From positions 4,512,001 through 4,576,000 of the forward strand of contig OZ242180.1 of assembly GCA_965205485.1 (NCBI GenBank): a stretch of 64,000 nucleotides of DNA, written 5' to 3'. The translations under genes and the position numbers were made by a program. The notes under the pieces are model-generated. The model saw nothing but the letters and a program-made list of their open reading frames with translations. It searched no databases and was not told the origin of the DNA. Every line of letters begins with the position of its first letter. Positions within the stretch are counted from its first letter, which is position 1. Below, piece by piece: positions 49,939-58,935 of the stretch. This DNA is from Candidatus Latescibacterota bacterium. Its GTDB lineage: Bacteria; Latescibacterota; UBA2968; GCA-2709665.

Positions 49939-52656
49939 ATGGAGCACGATTCCAATCGGGTTAGCCCCCCCTCAACGCTTTTCAAACCGCCGGATCTCGA
50001 CGTCGCCCGCCTGAACATCGAGCGCCACGTCTGGGCCCGTCGATTCTTCGAAGATCTGCTTGCGTCGATCGCCGTCATGCCTCATCTGACGACGGACGAT
50101 CTGATTCAGTGGATTCCCCGTGAGACGCCCAACAGCGAGCTTTTCACTATGTGCCCGGCCTGCGAGGCGGCCCCCGTCCACGGGCACTACAGCTGGAAAC
50201 CGGAGAATCCCGATCAACTGATCTGTACGACCTGCAAGACCGTCTATCCCAATTCGGACTATCCGGAAGACGTCGTATTCGGGACAGACTTCGGCGGCGG
50301 GCAGGAAATCACGTATTATACGGGCAGACACTGGGACCTCATCGGCTTTCCCTTCGTCTCGTCCTGGACCGCCAATATCCGGGCCCGAAAATGCGAGTAC
50401 ATGGCGCGCATGGCGCGTCAGTGCGCGCTGGCCTACGTGCTGACAGAGGAGATCGGACACGCGGAACGGTCCAGGGATATCCTCCTGCGGTTCGCCGAAG
50501 TCTATCCCGGCTATATGGTTCACTCGGGATACGGTGAATTCTCGGACGCGCCAGCCGAGGTCGCCGCGAAGCACATCCTGGATCTGCCCAAACCGGAACT
50601 GGTGGTGCCGCCAAACCGGCCCGACCGAAAGCTCCACGTGGGTTACTGGATGGCGGGACGCGCCACGGGCGTGGGCATGGAAGGCACCTTCGTCTCCGAC
50701 GTCACCATCGCCTATGACCTCACGCGCGGCGCAAGCGCCGCAGGCCGTCCCGTGTACACCCCGGAAACACGCCGGAAGATCGAACGCGACCTCCTTCGTG
50801 AAAGCACGATCCTTCTGCTGGCCGACCCTGCCTTCAATAACAAGAGCGCGACCAACCGCTCGGCCGCGGGCCTGGTCGGACTCTGTCTCGACGATCCGGA
50901 TCTGGTCCGCTTCGGCCTGGACGGGTTCAATCATTTCGTCTACAACTGGTTTCTGGAAGACGGCATGAGTTCCGAATCACCGGGTTACGGATTCATGACG
51001 CTCAACGGCATCCGGCACTTCGCGGACGCCGCGCACGGGTACTCCTTCCCCCCGGATTCCGGCGCCACGGAAGCCCACACGCAGGACCTGGATATATACG
51101 GCGACAGCCGGTACAGGGCGGTGCTGGAAGGATACGTCAAGAGCCCGATGCCCGATCTGGGGTACGGCGTTATCGCCGACGACGTAACCGCCTGCAGGAT
51201 GTCCGTCGATATTGCCGATATAATCGCCGCCCGCTACGGCGACGTGAAACACACCGCCCTCCTCGCCGAACTGTGCGAATTCGATCTGGAGAATCACGGC
51301 GGAGAGTATGCACTTTTCCACCGCGACCCGGACTTGAAAGCCGACCCGGCGGCTCCACTGCTCCTCACGGATCAGTTCTTTCCTTCCCTGCGAATCGGCC
51401 TGCTGCGCACGGGGGAACACGGGCGCGCGAGCACAGCGCTTCTCAGTGCCTCGGACTGGGGCGGACATCACCACGAAGACAGCCTTAATCTTGTCTACTG
51501 GAAGGACGGACGGGAAGTCCTGACCGACCTGGGTTACCTCTGGGACCGTCCGGATAAACAAAATACCGTTCGCACCATCGCGCACAACACCGTGGTCGTC
51601 GACGAACAGGACCAGAAACGCGACGGCCGCGGCGGCGGCCTCCATCTGTTCGACAGTACCGGTCGGGTCAAGGTCGCCGAAGTTTCCTCCAAAGCTTACG
51701 ACGTCGATACCTATCGCCGCCTGTGCACGGTAATCGACCATGGCGGCGCAGGCAGCTATCTGATCGATTGCTTCAGCGTGACCGGCGGCCGCGTTCACGA
51801 TTATCTATTCCACGGACCGGTCGCCGAAGGCGAAACGTGGAACCTGGACCTGCTGCCGAGCGGAGCCGAATGGCAGGACCTGACGGATCTGTCCGCCGCA
51901 CGTGCCGATGAGGCATGGTCGATCCGCTTCGACATGGACGGGCAGCGGTTCACCGCGCATGCGCTGCCGCACTCCGACGAGCAGGTGCTTGTCGGAAGGG
52001 GCTGGGGCGAACGGGGCACGGGCTCACGCGACAATGTCAAAACCGGTGAAACCGTACCGTATGTGGTTCGCCGCCGAACCGGCCTTCCCGCCCGGAGCGT
52101 CTTTCTGAGCCTTTTCGACGTCAGTCCCCGTTCCAGTCCGTACGTTACGTCGGTGGAGCGGCTCGCCCCCGTTTCCGGTGACGCCGCGGCGATTGTCGTT
52201 TCCAGGGAATCGGGCACGGACGTCGTCGTGGTCTGCCCTGAGGGCCAGACTGCCGTTTTTGACGCCCCCCAAGGCACCCTTGAAACAAACGGCCGGGTCT
52301 CCGTATTCTCCCTGGCCCGGGACGGACAACCGGCGTTTACCTATCTTCTCGGCGGCACAATGGCCAGACTGAACGATCACGCGCTGGAACTGGAGGCGCC
52401 GGTTGTCGGTGGAAGGATACTCGACGTGAATACCGACAATACCAGCAGCCGTTATCGTATCGACCGGCTGCCGTCCATCGAGAATCCGATCGGACGCACA
52501 CTGATGGTCCGGGGCGGCGCCTACGACACGGGGTACCCCATTCTGCATATCGAGTCCGACGATCAATCGACGTACGTCTACACCAAACGCGAAGGTCTCG
52601 GATACGATGCCATTCCCGCCGAAGGATGGGAAATAGTACGCAGCGTGAGTTGTTAG
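49939..52656 (+). CDS. Large heparinase II/III-family protein with N-terminal CxxC...CxxC
   Basis: DG...ES.GY, GHHHED.L, D.GY, AHNTVVVD..DQ; CPAC/CTTC. Confidence 0.75.
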   Translation: MEHDSNRVSPPSTLFKPPDLDVARLNIERHVWARRFFEDLLASIAVMPHLTTDDLIQWIPRETPNSELFTMCPACEAAPVHGHYSWKPENPDQLICTTCKTVYPNSDYPEDVVFGTDFGGGQEITYYTGRHWDLIGFPFVSSWTANIRARKCEYMARMARQCALAYVLTEEIGHAERSRDILLRFAEVYPGYMVHSGYGEFSDAPAEVAAKHILDLPKPELVVPPNRPDRKLHVGYWMAGRATGVGMEGTFVSDVTIAYDLTRGASAAGRPVYTPETRRKIERDLLRESTILLLADPAFNNKSATNRSAAGLVGLCLDDPDLVRFGLDGFNHFVYNWFLEDGMSSESPGYGFMTLNGIRHFADAAHGYSFPPDSGATEAHTQDLDIYGDSRYRAVLEGYVKSPMPDLGYGVIADDVTACRMSVDIADIIAARYGDVKHTALLAELCEFDLENHGGEYALFHRDPDLKADPAAPLLLTDQFFPSLRIGLLRTGEHGRASTALLSASDWGGHHHEDSLNLVYWKDGREVLTDLGYLWDRPDKQNTVRTIAHNTVVVDEQDQKRDGRGGGLHLFDSTGRVKVAEVSSKAYDVDTYRRLCTVIDHGGAGSYLIDCFSVTGGRVHDYLFHGPVAEGETWNLDLLPSGAEWQDLTDLSAARADEAWSIRFDMDGQRFTAHALPHSDEQVLVGRGWGERGTGSRDNVKTGETVPYVVRRRTGLPARSVFLSLFDVSPRSSPYVTSVERLAPVSGDAAAIVVSRESGTDVVVVCPEGQTAVFDAPQGTLETNGRVSVFSLARDGQPAFTYLLGGTMARLNDHALELEAPVVGGRILDVNTDNTSSRYRIDRLPSIENPIGRTLMVRGGAYDTGYPILHIESDDQSTYVYTKREGLGYDAIPAEGWEIVRSVSC

Positions 52657-52663
52657 CAAATAA

Positions 52664-52692
52664 TTGACAAACAGACCCTTTTTTGTTACGTT
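52664..52692 (+). promoter_or_regulatory. sigma70-type promoter TTGACA-17-TACGTT
   Basis: Overlaps the ORF-track TTG start, implying the real start is downstream. Confidence 0.55.
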
Positions 52693-52771
52693 GGAAGGTC
52701 TTATCCCGACATCGAAAATGCCGAATTCTCAAGCCCGAACCGCAAGCGGCGCCCGGCGAATCCAAATCCCT

Positions 52772-53737
52772 ATGCTAGATCAGATTCTTCAGCCCGTACA
52801 GCCCCAGATCGAGCGATTCGAAAGACGATTCACGGAGACGCTCGCCTCCGACGTCAATCTGGTTCAGGCCATGGGCAGCCACATTTTGACGACGAAGGGC
52901 AAGATCATTCGTCCGGCCCTCTCGCTGCTGACCGCGCAGGCCATCGGCAGGTGCTCCGACAGGGTAGTGGATGCCGCTGCCGGCATCGAAGTCATCCACA
53001 CGGCAACACTGATCCACGATGACGTCATCGATCTTGCCGACAAGCGCCGGGGCGCGGAGGTCCTCAACCTGAGGTGGGGCAACAAGGCCGCCGTACTGAT
53101 GGGGGATTTTCTCCTGGCCAGGGCTTTGCAACTGCTGGTCGGACTGGATTCCATGGACGTGATGCGAGCCGCGACCCGAGCCGTGAGTCGGATGATCGAA
53201 GGCGAGATCCTGGAGGAAGAACGAGGAAACGACGCGGAGGCCGCACGCTACTTCAAGATGATCGACAAGAAGACCGCGTCGCTGATGGCCCTTTCGTGCG
53301 AGGTTGGCGCCATTCTCGGGGGCGGCACTCCCGAGCAGGTCTCACGGATGTCTACGTTCGGACAGGAAGTTGGAATCGCCTTCCAGATTACCGACGATCT
53401 CCTGGACTTCATCGGTGACGAAGCGTCTCTGGGCAAACCGGTTGGGACCGACGTACGCGAGAGAAAACTGACGTTGCCGCTGATTCGCGCCATTGCCAAT
53501 TGTCCCAACGGCGATGCCGAGAAGATTCAGGCAAAGGTGCAAAACGGCATACAATCCGATGCCGACCTCCAGGAAGTCTTCCGCTTCGTCAGGCGTTACC
53601 ACGGTATAGAGGCCGCACGGCGGGAAGCCCGGGAGTACGCGTCCTCCGGCCTGGAGAGTCTGGCGGAACTGAAATCGTCGGAAGCGCGGAACGCCCTGGA
53701 ACTCGCCGTGAGACACGTGGTCGACCGGCAGAAGTAG
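52772..53737 (+). CDS. Polyprenyl diphosphate synthase (IspB-like)
   Basis: GK..RP, HTATLIHDDVID..RRG, KTA, FQI.DD.LD, GK..G.D. Confidence 0.93.
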   Translation: MLDQILQPVQPQIERFERRFTETLASDVNLVQAMGSHILTTKGKIIRPALSLLTAQAIGRCSDRVVDAAAGIEVIHTATLIHDDVIDLADKRRGAEVLNLRWGNKAAVLMGDFLLARALQLLVGLDSMDVMRAATRAVSRMIEGEILEEERGNDAEAARYFKMIDKKTASLMALSCEVGAILGGGTPEQVSRMSTFGQEVGIAFQITDDLLDFIGDEASLGKPVGTDVRERKLTLPLIRAIANCPNGDAEKIQAKVQNGIQSDADLQEVFRFVRRYHGIEAARREAREYASSGLESLAELKSSEARNALELAVRHVVDRQK

Positions 53738-53821
53738 ATCGTCATGACCGCAGGAACAACATTGCCGCCCGGCGCCGTCCCGTAACCGGAGCCGCCGGGT
53801 TTACAGGAATCAAGGTTAATA

Positions 53822-56374
53822 ATGAAAAGAGACAACCTCCGCACTCTGATCATCCTCGCTTCGATACTGCTGGCCGTCTATTACCTCTTCCCCACGTACC
53901 GGTACTATTTCGACCCGCCGTCGGACCCCGACAGGCTCGAAGCCGTTAAACGGGAAGCCGTCAACCTGGGGCTGGATCTTCAGGGCGGCATCCATCTGGT
54001 TCTCGAAGTGGATCCGACCGGTCTTTCCGAAGACGAGCGGGCGGACGTCGTCGATCGCGTCAAGGAAATTATCACCAACCGGGTCGATCAGTTCGGTGTG
54101 GCCGAACCGATTATCCACCGGGAGGGCGAGTGGCGCATTGTGGTCGAACTTCCCGGCGTTCAGGACGTGGAGCGGGCCAAGAACCTCATCCAGACACAGG
54201 CCCGCCTCGAGTTCAAAATCCTGGCGCCGGTAACCGACCGCTTCGGCCTGATCGACAGAATCGAGTCGCGCCTGGCCGCGCGGGCCGGAGACGACTCGAC
54301 AAGAAAGGACGCCGCAGGACTTTTCGAGGAAGAGGCCGAAGACGAAAAACCATCGATCAAACGGTATGTGCTCTCCCTGGGCGAAGATCTGATTGTTCCC
54401 GCCGACAGAATACAGACCGTAAAGGCCCTCCTGTTCGAAGATCCGGAGATCCGGGAGCTCATTCCGGACGATACGCAGTTCCTGTGGGGAAACGAAGTCG
54501 AGGAATTCGGCGATGGCCAGAAGTACCGCCGCCTCTACTATCTGTACAAACGCATCGAAATGACCGGCGAAATCGTCCAGGACGCCAAGGTGACCAAGGG
54601 TCAGAGTTTTGAAAACGCAGGGCAGCCCATCATCAATTTCACCACAACGAACGACGGCATCAAACTCTTCTCCCGGGTGACCGGCGCCCACCTTGAAGAA
54701 CGCATGGCCATCATTCTCGACGACCAGGTCTATTCGGCGCCGACCATTCGGGCTAAAATCCGCGACGGGCGGTCCATCATCGAAGGCAGTGGTGACCTGG
54801 AGGAAGCGAAAGACCTCGCCATCGTGCTTCGGGCGGGTGCCCTTCCGGCCAACGCGCCCATTGTCGAAGACCGGACGGTAGGGCCTTCGCTCGGACGGGA
54901 TTCCATCGAGCAAGGGCGCAAGGCCGCCCTCATCGGCCTGGCCATCGTAATGGTTTTCATGGTTCTTTATTACGGCCTCTCCGGGATTGTCGCCAATTTT
55001 GCATTGTTCCTGAATCTCCTGTTCGTGATGGCCGTCCTCGCCGGCTTCGGAGGCACGCTCACCCTGCCCGGAATCGCCGGTATCATCCTGACGATCGGAA
55101 TGGCAGTCGACGCCAACGTACTCATCTTCGAGCGTATCCGCGAAGAGTTGCGCAACGGCAAGACGGTCCGCGTCGCGGTGGAAGACGGGTACGGCAGGGC
55201 GCTGCTCACCATCGTCGACGCCAACATCACCACCATCATCACCGCCGTCGTACTCTACCAGTTCGGTACGGGTCCCATCCGGGGCTTCGCACTGACGCTC
55301 ATGGTGGGTATCCTCTGCAGCATGTACACTGCGTTGTTCGTCACCCGCACCCTCTTCAATATCGCAATCAATCGCTGGCAACTCACCTCCATCAGCATCG
55401 GCAGACTGACCGTATTCCGTCGTCCGTCGTTTGACTTCCTCAGTCTGCGCAAAGCGGCGTTCGTTCTTTCGACGTTTGTGATCCTGATCGGCGTGGGTTC
55501 CACGATTACGAAAGGCGGCTACAACCTCGGCATCGACTTCGCCGGCGGCACGCTGCTGGAACTGCACTTCAAGCCCCCTGTAGAGGTCGCCAACCTGAGG
55601 GATGCCCTGCAGGACGTCGACGTCAAGGGTGAGAAACGCGACCTCAGACACAGCGAAATCAAGGTCTTCGGACCGGCTTCCGACATTCTAATTCGAGTCG
55701 AGGAAGAGGCGGAAGGGACGGTCACCGCGGACGCCATCAAGAACACGCTCAAAACGGAATTCGCGTCCAGCATTCCCGATCCAACGCAGTGGCTGCGGCG
55801 ACAGGAGGCGGTTGGGCCCAAGATCGGCAGCGAACTCAAACAGAACGCGGTCAATGCCATCGTGGTCTCTCTGGTACTGATCGTCTTCTACATCTGGTGG
55901 CGCTTCAAGCAGATCCAGTTCGGTATCGCCGCGGTCGTGGCGCTATTCCACGACGTTCTGATCACCCTGGGCGTCTTTTCCCTGATGGATAAGGAGATAT
56001 CGCTCGCCATCGTGGCAGCGCTGCTTACCATTGTCGGATACTCGCTGAACGACACCATTGTGGTCTACGACCGCATCCGTGAGAATCGAAAGCTCTACCG
56101 AAGAGACAGTTCGGCGGAGGTCATCAACCGGAGCATCAATGAAAGCCTGAATCGAACGGTTCTCACCTCGGGTACAACGCTGCTCGTTGTCCTGGGCCTG
56201 CTTCTCCTGGGTGGGGAGGTCATTCGCGACTTTGCCTTTGCTCTGATGATCGGGGTGATCGTGGGAACCTACTCCTCCTCGTTCGTGGCAAGTCCGCTGG
56301 TGCTGGTCTGGCAGAATGCCCTGGATCGCCGGAAGGAAACCGCGGTCGCTGCCGCGCGTCGTGCAAGAGCATAA
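53822..56374 (+). CDS. secDF: Fused protein translocase subunit SecDF
   Basis: LGLDLQGG, GMAVDANVLIFERIREE (SecD); GIDFAGG, GYSLNDTIVVYDRIRE (SecF). Confidence 0.96.
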   Translation: MKRDNLRTLIILASILLAVYYLFPTYRYYFDPPSDPDRLEAVKREAVNLGLDLQGGIHLVLEVDPTGLSEDERADVVDRVKEIITNRVDQFGVAEPIIHREGEWRIVVELPGVQDVERAKNLIQTQARLEFKILAPVTDRFGLIDRIESRLAARAGDDSTRKDAAGLFEEEAEDEKPSIKRYVLSLGEDLIVPADRIQTVKALLFEDPEIRELIPDDTQFLWGNEVEEFGDGQKYRRLYYLYKRIEMTGEIVQDAKVTKGQSFENAGQPIINFTTTNDGIKLFSRVTGAHLEERMAIILDDQVYSAPTIRAKIRDGRSIIEGSGDLEEAKDLAIVLRAGALPANAPIVEDRTVGPSLGRDSIEQGRKAALIGLAIVMVFMVLYYGLSGIVANFALFLNLLFVMAVLAGFGGTLTLPGIAGIILTIGMAVDANVLIFERIREELRNGKTVRVAVEDGYGRALLTIVDANITTIITAVVLYQFGTGPIRGFALTLMVGILCSMYTALFVTRTLFNIAINRWQLTSISIGRLTVFRRPSFDFLSLRKAAFVLSTFVILIGVGSTITKGGYNLGIDFAGGTLLELHFKPPVEVANLRDALQDVDVKGEKRDLRHSEIKVFGPASDILIRVEEEAEGTVTADAIKNTLKTEFASSIPDPTQWLRRQEAVGPKIGSELKQNAVNAIVVSLVLIVFYIWWRFKQIQFGIAAVVALFHDVLITLGVFSLMDKEISLAIVAALLTIVGYSLNDTIVVYDRIRENRKLYRRDSSAEVINRSINESLNRTVLTSGTTLLVVLGLLLLGGEVIRDFAFALMIGVIVGTYSSSFVASPLVLVWQNALDRRKETAVAAARRARA

Positions 56375-56399
56375 CGAGGCAATCCCTACCGAATTAGAG

Positions 56400-56430
56400 A
56401 AGCCCGGCGATATTGTCGCCGGGCTTTGTT
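56400..56430. terminator. Terminator hairpin between convergent secDF and PBP1A
   Basis: AAGCCCGGCGA/TCGCCGGGCTT stem followed by TGTT. Confidence 0.7.
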
Positions 56431-56486
56431 CATTTCCTTCCTGGTCGGTTCAAATTGGCAGATTGAGCGCGGAGGGGGTGGTTATT

Positions 56487-58661
56487 TCAGAATTGATACG
56501 CCCGTTTCGCGTTTTCGCGATCCTGTTTCTTCAGGCCGGGGCTTCTGACCACCGCCGCCGTATGGTCCGGACAGGGAGACGTCGGCTCGGATCCGGGCAC
56601 AAACACTTCTTCCAGGCGATTCGGACAATACATGGACGCCACCTCAAACGTATCGCCGCATACCTCCAGCTGGGCGACGCCCGGCGGCAGCTCGAATTCC
56701 TCCGTGGGTAGGCCGAGTGTCTGGTGCGCTTTCTTCATGAATTTCGCCCATACCGGGAGTGCAACGGCCGCGCCCGACATCCTGTTTCCCAGAGAGACCC
56801 GATAGTCGTCGAACCCTACCCACACGCCGGCCACGATCTGCGGCGTGAAGCCTACGAACCACGCGTCCGCGAAGTTCTGAGTGGTTCCCGTCTTGCCCGC
56901 GGCCGGCCGCCGAAACCCGTAGTACGATCGGGCGCCCGTTCCGGTGCCGCGCCAGACACCCTTGGGGGTCTGCTTGTACATGTCCATTACGGACCGGAGC
57001 ATACTCGTTGCCACGGCGGCCGCCTCCGAGCTGAGCGCCTCCTGCTCTCTGCCCTGAACCCGGCTCTCAATGACGTTTCCGTCCTTGTCCGTGATCTTCA
57101 GGATGGCCACCGGCTCCACGCGGATACCGCCGTTGGGAAACGTACCGTAGGCGGCCACCAGGTCGATCAGTTTCACTTCACTCGTACCCATACCGAGGGA
57201 TTTCACGGCCCGGACCCTGCTCGTGATTCCCATTCGCCCGGCCTGCCGCACGGCGGTACGGGGTCCGATGTCTTCCAGAATCTTCGTGGTCACCACGTTC
57301 CGCGACATGGCGAGACCTTCACGCATCGTCATCCAGCCCAGAAACTTCCGATCGTAGTTCTGCGGCCGCCAGAGGCTCCCGTCGAACATCTCTACCGTAA
57401 CGGCCGTATCGGGATACCGGCGCGTGGGCGGGATCTTCTGCGCAACGGCCGATGCATAAATGATCGGCTTGAATGCCGATCCGGGCTGGCGCAGCGCCTG
57501 AACCGCCCGGTTGAACTTGGTCTCGGTGAAGTCCCGACCGCCCACCATGGCCAGAATGTGCCCCGTGCGGATGTCCATGGCAACCAGGGCGCCCTGAACC
57601 ACGGTCGCCCTCAGGGAGTCTTCCGGCGTATTGATACCGGCCCAGAACGCCGTATCCGGCCTGCTCCGCCGTCGCTTCGCATCCACCCGTTTCTGCACGC
57701 TCTCCAGATGGTCCAGCAGGGTCGTCTCCGCAATGGACTGGATTCGGCTGTCCACGGTCGAATAGACCGAGGCGCCGTCCTTGTAAAGAAGATTCCAACC
57801 GTAGTTCCTCTCCAGATATCGTCGGATGTACTCCGTGAAATAAGGCGCTGAGCCGATCTCTTCATCCCTGGTATCTTTGAGGACGATGGGTCGCCGGGTA
57901 GCGGAGAGAAACTGATCCTCGCTGATCTGACCGGTGTTTCGCATCAAACGAAGGACCAGGTCGCGCCTGTCTCTGGCCCGTCGGGGATGGTTGATCGGTG
58001 AATAGAAATAGGGTCCTCTCAGAAGACCGACCAGCAGCGCGCACTCCTCCAGCACCAACTCCCCGGCGTCCTTGCCGAAAAACCGCTCCGCAGCCGACTG
58101 AAGACCGTAGGCGCCATTGCCGAACAGAACCTTGTTGAAATAGATCTCGATGATTTCGCGTTTTGTATACGTCCGTTCGAGCAGCACGGCCGTCAACTGC
58201 TCCTTCACCTTGCGTGTCCAGGTCTGTTTCTGGTCCAGAAACAGATTGCGGGCAAGTTGTTGCGTAATGGTGCTGGCGCCGTGACCCTTCAGACTGCCTT
58301 CCTGCGTCAGGTTGCGCAAGACGGCGCGAAAAATGTCGGGAAGGCTCACGCCCCAATGACGCCAGAAGAGCTGATCCTCCGTTGCCGTCAATGCCTGGAT
58401 TGCCGTCTCCGGTATCTGGCTGTAGGTAATCGGCACCCGGTTTTCGACCCAGAACCGCTTCAGCACCGCTTTGTCGGTGGAAATGATGCTGGTGGTGCGG
58501 GCCGGCTCCACCTCTTCCAGCTGCGCAAACGAGGGCAGTTCGTCCTTGAAACGAAGTACCACGCCTCCAGCGACGCCGGCGTAAACCACCACGCAGATGC
58601 CGCAATAGAGCAAAATGCGCCGCGGGTAGTATCTCAACATCCTGCTGGTCCTGAATCTCAT
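56487..58661 (-). CDS. mrcA: Class A penicillin-binding protein (PBP1A family)
   Basis: TED..F..H.G, GASTITQQL, RK.KE; GSAFKP, SRN, GKTGT. Confidence 0.9.
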   Translation of the reverse strand: MRFRTSRMLRYYPRRILLYCGICVVVYAGVAGGVVLRFKDELPSFAQLEEVEPARTTSIISTDKAVLKRFWVENRVPITYSQIPETAIQALTATEDQLFWRHWGVSLPDIFRAVLRNLTQEGSLKGHGASTITQQLARNLFLDQKQTWTRKVKEQLTAVLLERTYTKREIIEIYFNKVLFGNGAYGLQSAAERFFGKDAGELVLEECALLVGLLRGPYFYSPINHPRRARDRRDLVLRLMRNTGQISEDQFLSATRRPIVLKDTRDEEIGSAPYFTEYIRRYLERNYGWNLLYKDGASVYSTVDSRIQSIAETTLLDHLESVQKRVDAKRRRSRPDTAFWAGINTPEDSLRATVVQGALVAMDIRTGHILAMVGGRDFTETKFNRAVQALRQPGSAFKPIIYASAVAQKIPPTRRYPDTAVTVEMFDGSLWRPQNYDRKFLGWMTMREGLAMSRNVVTTKILEDIGPRTAVRQAGRMGITSRVRAVKSLGMGTSEVKLIDLVAAYGTFPNGGIRVEPVAILKITDKDGNVIESRVQGREQEALSSEAAAVATSMLRSVMDMYKQTPKGVWRGTGTGARSYYGFRRPAAGKTGTTQNFADAWFVGFTPQIVAGVWVGFDDYRVSLGNRMSGAAVALPVWAKFMKKAHQTLGLPTEEFELPPGVAQLEVCGDTFEVASMYCPNRLEEVFVPGSEPTSPCPDHTAAVVRSPGLKKQDRENAKRAYQF

Positions 58662-58711
58662 CGGATTCCACCTGACCGGCGTTTTCCGGTCGCGAGCCGC
58701 TGCTGCCCTAT

Positions 58712-58871
58712 CAGTCCGTTGAGAAAGTCGCTCTGCAGGCGAGGGCGAGCCATTGTGGCCGAAGACAAGGCGCGCGACCGAGTCCCATCCGTTGATTCGG
58801 CGAGGGAGCGCAACGCAGTACTTCGACCGCAAGGGCCGGCCGTAGCCCGGATGGACTTTTTCAACGGGCTG
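58712..58871. mobile_element. MITE family B, long copy
   Basis: TIRs CAGTCCGTTGAGAAAG / CTTTTTCAACGGGCTG; perfect 4-bp CTAT duplication (58708-11, 58872-5). Confidence 0.8.
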
Positions 58872-58935
58872 CTATACCTCGGAATCACGCTGTGAAGTCA
58901 TAAGGGCAGGCCATTTGATTCTGTGGCCGGACCCG

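Noticed and set aside
53816..55651. Long antisense or alternate-frame ORFs (also 34380-35885, 39358-40767, 7780-9147, 1617-2903 and many others)
   Set aside because: They overlap well-supported genes, have no recognisable motifs, and are expected shadow ORFs in high-GC DNA
58661..58832. N-terminal extensions of PBP1A, prmC (45187), valS (61656) and the polyprenyl synthase (52664) in the ORF track
   Set aside because: The extensions run into MITE or promoter sequence; downstream ATGs fit the RBS position or expected protein start better
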